This document shows positions 60,533-64,000 of a stretch of DNA of 64,000 nt, piece after piece (the stretch's first letter is position 1; every line of letters begins with the position of its first letter). The notes under the pieces are model-generated. The model saw only the letters and a list, made by a program, of their open reading frames with translations. It had not been told where the DNA came from and ran no database searches. This DNA is from an uncultured virus (IMG/VR IMGVR_UViG_3300025011_000036) (lineage: Duplodnaviria > Heunggongvirae > Uroviricota > Caudoviricetes). The position numbers and the translations under genes were made by a program. Location: the IMG/VR virus record IMGVR_UViG_3300025011_000036; one strand, 5' to 3'.

Positions 60533-60985
60533 TTGATGAACGGAAGGGGTATTAAATTTCGTGCATGGGATAATCTGAAAAAAAAGATGCTACAGGTACC
60601 TACGTTATATTTTAACGATATTAATTATGTGGCAAGCACAATACGGGAACACAATAATTTTCTATCAGTTAACGAAGAAGCCGAGCTAATGCAGTTCACT
60701 GGCCTACGCGATAAAAAGCGAACCGAGGATTATCCGGAGGGACAGGAAGTTTTTGAGGGGGATGTCTTCCCCGATCATTTCAACAGCAAAGTTCGCGGTG
60801 TTGTCAAACTTGGCGAATACCGAAACCCATTCAACGACGATAGGCATGGTGGTCATGTGGGGTTTTATATCGAGTGGAAGGGTGACTGTGGGTTGAATCG
60901 AAAAGACTTGGCTTACTGGATAAAGGTATCGTGTGTAATTGGGAATATATACGAGAATCCTGAGCTTTTGGGTGAAAATGTATGA
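60533..60985 (+). CDS. YopX family protein
   Basis: 'IKFRAWD...LMQFTGL.DK...EGD...VIGNIYENPELL'. Confidence 0.85.
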   Translation: MMNGRGIKFRAWDNLKKKMLQVPTLYFNDINYVASTIREHNNFLSVNEEAELMQFTGLRDKKRTEDYPEGQEVFEGDVFPDHFNSKVRGVVKLGEYRNPFNDDRHGGHVGFYIEWKGDCGLNRKDLAYWIKVSCVIGNIYENPELLGENV

Positions 60986-61485
60986 TATTGGCTATTGATC
61001 CAGGAAGCGCAGAGAGTGCGTATGTTGTTCTTGATGAAAAACTTAAACCAATCGAATATGGAAAGGTGAAGAATGATTTATTAATAGGCTTTATAGTTGG
61101 AGATAGATTTAAAAAAGTGAATAACTTCGCAATAGAAATGGTCGCGTGTTATGGAATGGCGGTAGGTAAGGAAGTTTTCGACACTTGCGTTTGGATAGGA
61201 AGATTTTATGAGGCGATTGATACCTGTAATATGGAATCTCCAACACTTATTTATCGCAGTGAAGCAAAAATGAACCTCTGCCATATCATGAATGCAAAGG
61301 ATGGAAACATAATTCAGGCATTAGTGGATAGGTTTGCTTATGGAGTTGGAAATAAAGGAAAAGGTACGAAGAAAGATCCGGGTTGGTTTTATGGATTTTC
61401 AAAGGACATTTGGCAGGCATATGCTGTCGGTGTGACGTATGCGGATTTGTACTTGAAGGAGGATAAGGATGGGAAATTAATTTAA
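60982..61485 (+). CDS. RuvC-like Holliday junction resolvase
   Basis: 'ILAIDPG', 'AIEM', 'DIWQAYAV'. Confidence 0.7.
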   Translation: MILAIDPGSAESAYVVLDEKLKPIEYGKVKNDLLIGFIVGDRFKKVNNFAIEMVACYGMAVGKEVFDTCVWIGRFYEAIDTCNMESPTLIYRSEAKMNLCHIMNAKDGNIIQALVDRFAYGVGNKGKGTKKDPGWFYGFSKDIWQAYAVGVTYADLYLKEDKDGKLI

Positions 61486-61610
61486 CCGTAGAGAAATAGA
61501 GTGGTTCAAAAACGATGAGGGATGCATTGGCTAGAATCATGACCTTTATATTAAACCCAAAAGTTAAAAAGAGAACTAAAGCAACGCAATAATAGCGCAA
61601 TAATAGGAGG

Positions 61611-62246
61611 ATGGTAATGAAAATTAAGTGTTCCAAAAAAGTTGTAATGAATTTTGATGGCATAGTCGCCTTTGTTAAGGGGAAAACATATGAGGCTAAT
61701 GAGGATGAGGACGGGGGATTTTGTATAACCAATGAGCAGAATTCCCCACATTGGGGATCATATAAATGGGTAAATGAGAATTTCGTTTTCCTAGAATTGA
61801 GGGGTATTAACATTATTCCCACTAAACTAATGGGAACCACAGACCCCATATTCCTCCCATACCGCAAGCACGCAAACGATGCAGGGGCAGACCTAAGAGC
61901 TCGGATAGAGCAGCCAATAAGATTGCATCCTGGGCAACTGTACAAAGTTCCATCGGGTGTTGCCGTAGAGATACCACACGGATACGTTGGACTACTACAG
62001 CCAAGGTCAGGGGCATCATCTGAGGGTAAACTCGTTATTACTGGAACAATAGATTCGGGATATGTTGGCGAAATGTCCATGAATATATTTAATCCTCTCG
62101 ACTCGAATTATGTAGTTATAAACCCAAAAGAGCGCATTGCCCAACTGGTGGTGGTTCCATACTTACAGACTGAGTTTGTTCAAGTTGATGAGCTGGGGGA
62201 GAGCGAGCGGGGAATACAGGGCTTCGGAAGCACAGGAAAGGAATGA
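61611..62246 (+). CDS. dut: Trimeric dUTPase with ~65-aa N-terminal extension
   Basis: Motifs 'AGADL', 'PRSG', 'GTIDSGYVGE', 'ERIAQL', 'RG.QGFGSTG'. Confidence 0.9.
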   Translation: MVMKIKCSKKVVMNFDGIVAFVKGKTYEANEDEDGGFCITNEQNSPHWGSYKWVNENFVFLELRGINIIPTKLMGTTDPIFLPYRKHANDAGADLRARIEQPIRLHPGQLYKVPSGVAVEIPHGYVGLLQPRSGASSEGKLVITGTIDSGYVGEMSMNIFNPLDSNYVVINPKERIAQLVVVPYLQTEFVQVDELGESERGIQGFGSTGKE

Positions 62247-62481
62247 TTATTATAGACAGCAATATTTGTCCAGAATGTGGACAAAGGCTTAGGAATGAAG
62301 GAGGATGCGTCGTATGCCCAGTGTGCTTTTGGTCGCCTTGCCTTTAATCAGGAGTGGTTTGAGTATTGGCTTATTTGCACTCAGTCTTGGATTATGGATA
62401 ACTAACAATGTTTCTGACGCAATATTTACAGGCTTAGTGGCGTTGTATATTAGACCAGAAGAATAGAAAGGGGAAAATAGG

Positions 62482-62817
62482 ATGAAAAAAGTAATTAATG
62501 GAGTTGGCAAAGATGCACTAATAGAGGAAAACGAATCAGGAGGAAGACAATCAAATTCTGGGTATCGCTTTGATTTGATAGATCCTAAAGCATTATTTGC
62601 TACTGCTAAGGTATTGAAGGAGGGGTTTGATAAGTACGGAGAGGATAACTGGCGAAAAATACCAACTAGAGATCACTTAAACCATTTACTAATTCATGTG
62701 TACGCCTACCTTGCGGGGGATCGACAGGATGAGCACCTAAGCCATGCTGTATGTCGAGCTATATTCGCCTTGGGAGTGGACATTGATATTAGAGAGGAGA
62801 TGGAAGCTAAGTGCTAA
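62482..62817 (+). CDS. dATP/dGTP diphosphohydrolase-domain (DUF5664-like) protein
   Basis: 'RFDLIDP.AL...AKVL..G.DKYG.DNW.K....HLNH...H...E.HL.HA.C'. Confidence 0.75.
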   Translation: MKKVINGVGKDALIEENESGGRQSNSGYRFDLIDPKALFATAKVLKEGFDKYGEDNWRKIPTRDHLNHLLIHVYAYLAGDRQDEHLSHAVCRAIFALGVDIDIREEMEAKC

Positions 62818-63065
62818 TGGATAAAATTAGGGCAAGGCTGGACAAGAGATATAATACGGATTTGACGGTAAGGCTGGCTGATATGGGGTTTACTCCTACG
62901 ACTTATCATAGGCTGAGACGCGCAGGGATAGAGATTGTAGGGGATTTGGTTAGGATGTCGTGGAAAGACCTCATGGGGCGCAGGAACATCGTTAGAAGGG
63001 ATTGTGTGGAGGTTGAAGAGAAGTTGGAGGATATGGGGTTGGGTTTAAGGAAGGATGGGAAATAA
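62811..63065 (+). CDS. Stand-alone RNA polymerase alpha-CTD-like protein
   Basis: 'LADMGF..TTYHRLRRAGI..VGDLV.MS..DL...RNI.......V.EKL..MGLGL'. Confidence 0.75.
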   Translation: MLMDKIRARLDKRYNTDLTVRLADMGFTPTTYHRLRRAGIEIVGDLVRMSWKDLMGRRNIVRRDCVEVEEKLEDMGLGLRKDGK

Positions 63066-63707
63066 GTGGACCAACGAAAAATATAGTTATGTCCTGAATG
63101 TGGAGCAAGATTAACGGATTGGCAAAGGATTATGGAAGGTTGCCAAAGGTGCGAGGAGAGACGATTGGTAAAGAGGATGGAGGAAGTTAATGAATTTAAA
63201 AATACGCCTAAAGTTTAGTGACATCATAAAGCTGGTATTCGGTAGAGATGTGATGGTATTGGACCCGTACAGCAACAGTATTTATATAGTGAAAAAGGGG
63301 GAGGATACTGGAATTTATAAGGAGTAGGAAGGGGAATGGATGATGTTCTACGGATTAAAAGACAGGAATATTTCGTGGCGAAGGGGTTCTGGGAGAAAAT
63401 TATGGTTTCCGTGTAGGTCGAGAAAGTGGTGGTAGGGTATGTCTCATGGAATAGCGAAAGTAAAACCGTCAGCCACTGATTGCCAATCGTTCATCAATAC
63501 GGCTGAAGGTTATAATGTCACGCCAGATTGCACTAATTGCCATAAAGAGCAAACTGTTGAAATACTTCAATTCGTTTCATCGTTCTTTGGCGCATATGGA
63601 ATCTGTAAAAACAATAATAATGAATTTATTAAGATTAATACGCATCAACTTGAGTCGATTACTAGTTGCCCAGTGTGTGGAAAAATAGATATTGGAGGTG
63701 AAGATCA

Positions 63708-64000
63708 ATGACAATACAAGAATTTGCCAAGATGCTGGATGGTCGGGAATATTTAGGCGAGATGATTTTAGCCGAAAAGGAATTGGCGAAGGCGTTGGGG
63801 TTTGTGGTGGTATTTGGATATTCGGACGACAATGCCGAACTAGAGGGAGCTATCGACGAGGAAGTCACTTGCTATGATGGTACTGAGATATACCTAAATA
63901 AAGATGGTATTTTTGAGGAATGCAAACATTCGAGGGCTGCTAAGAAAAAGTGTAAGGTTATTAAAGGTATTTGGGATAAGGAAGAGTATTCGTGGATTTA
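63708..64000 (+). CDS. Conserved phage hypothetical protein, truncated by window end
   Basis: GGAGGTG SD; open frame MTIQEFAKMLDGREY...VVFGYSDDNAELEGAIDEE. Confidence 0.6.
   Translation, partial: MTIQEFAKMLDGREYLGEMILAEKELAKALGFVVVFGYSDDNAELEGAIDEEVTCYDGTEIYLNKDGIFEECKHSRAAKKKCKVIKGIWDKEEYSWI

Larger units (their letters stand above)
1..64000. mobile_element. Temperate bacteriophage genome (near-complete), podovirus-like morphogenesis module, Bacillota host
   Basis: terL, portal, scaffold, capsid, adaptor/nozzle, ejection proteins, amidase/holins, serine integrase, CI/Cro, RecT, initiator and SSB are present. No host housekeeping genes, tape measure or tail tube recognised. Confidence 0.95.

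Noticed and set aside
62482..62817. Complete Z-genome (2-aminoadenine) pathway
   Set aside because: Only the DUF5664-like gene is present; no PurZ or dedicated polymerase was seen in the window.
1..64000. tRNA or rRNA genes
   Set aside because: No cloverleaf or T-loop signature recognised by eye; a tRNAscan-SE run would be needed to exclude them.

Overview
The whole window is most of one temperate tailed-phage genome from a spore-forming Bacillota host (probably Clostridia; this is inferred from the AbrB, Prp-type motifs and endolysin type). It appears unintegrated, because an attP-like inverted repeat next to the serine integrase has phage genes on both sides. Gene order: packaging (terL, portal), head (scaffold, capsid), a short-tail podovirus-type tail with ejection proteins (SLT protein, 1713-aa LPD38-type protein), an antirepressor moron, a ~550-nt structured non-coding region, lysis genes, a Com-like regulator followed by four paralogous adhesin-like genes, early accessory genes, integrase/immunity, then recombination, replication and nucleotide metabolism. 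The main signal is that two key genes are interrupted exactly in their catalytic motifs by 4-5 nt inserts that carry a stop codon. In terL the Walker A reads GGA GCC [TAG CT] GGA TCG GGA AAG, and in the serine integrase the motif reads YIRV [TGAC] ST. Both genes lie near a free-standing endonuclease gene, and the integrase also has an orphan copy of its original N-terminus on the far side of an HNH gene. This suggests endonuclease-linked recoding (ribosome hop or frameshift) cassettes, although mutation or assembly error is not excluded. Other highlights are the candidate large ncRNA with a pseudoknot, a putative Com-controlled set of genes with occluded ribosome-binding sites, and an internal Prp-protease motif in the giant ejection protein. 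All protein assignments come from motif recognition by eye; no searches were run.
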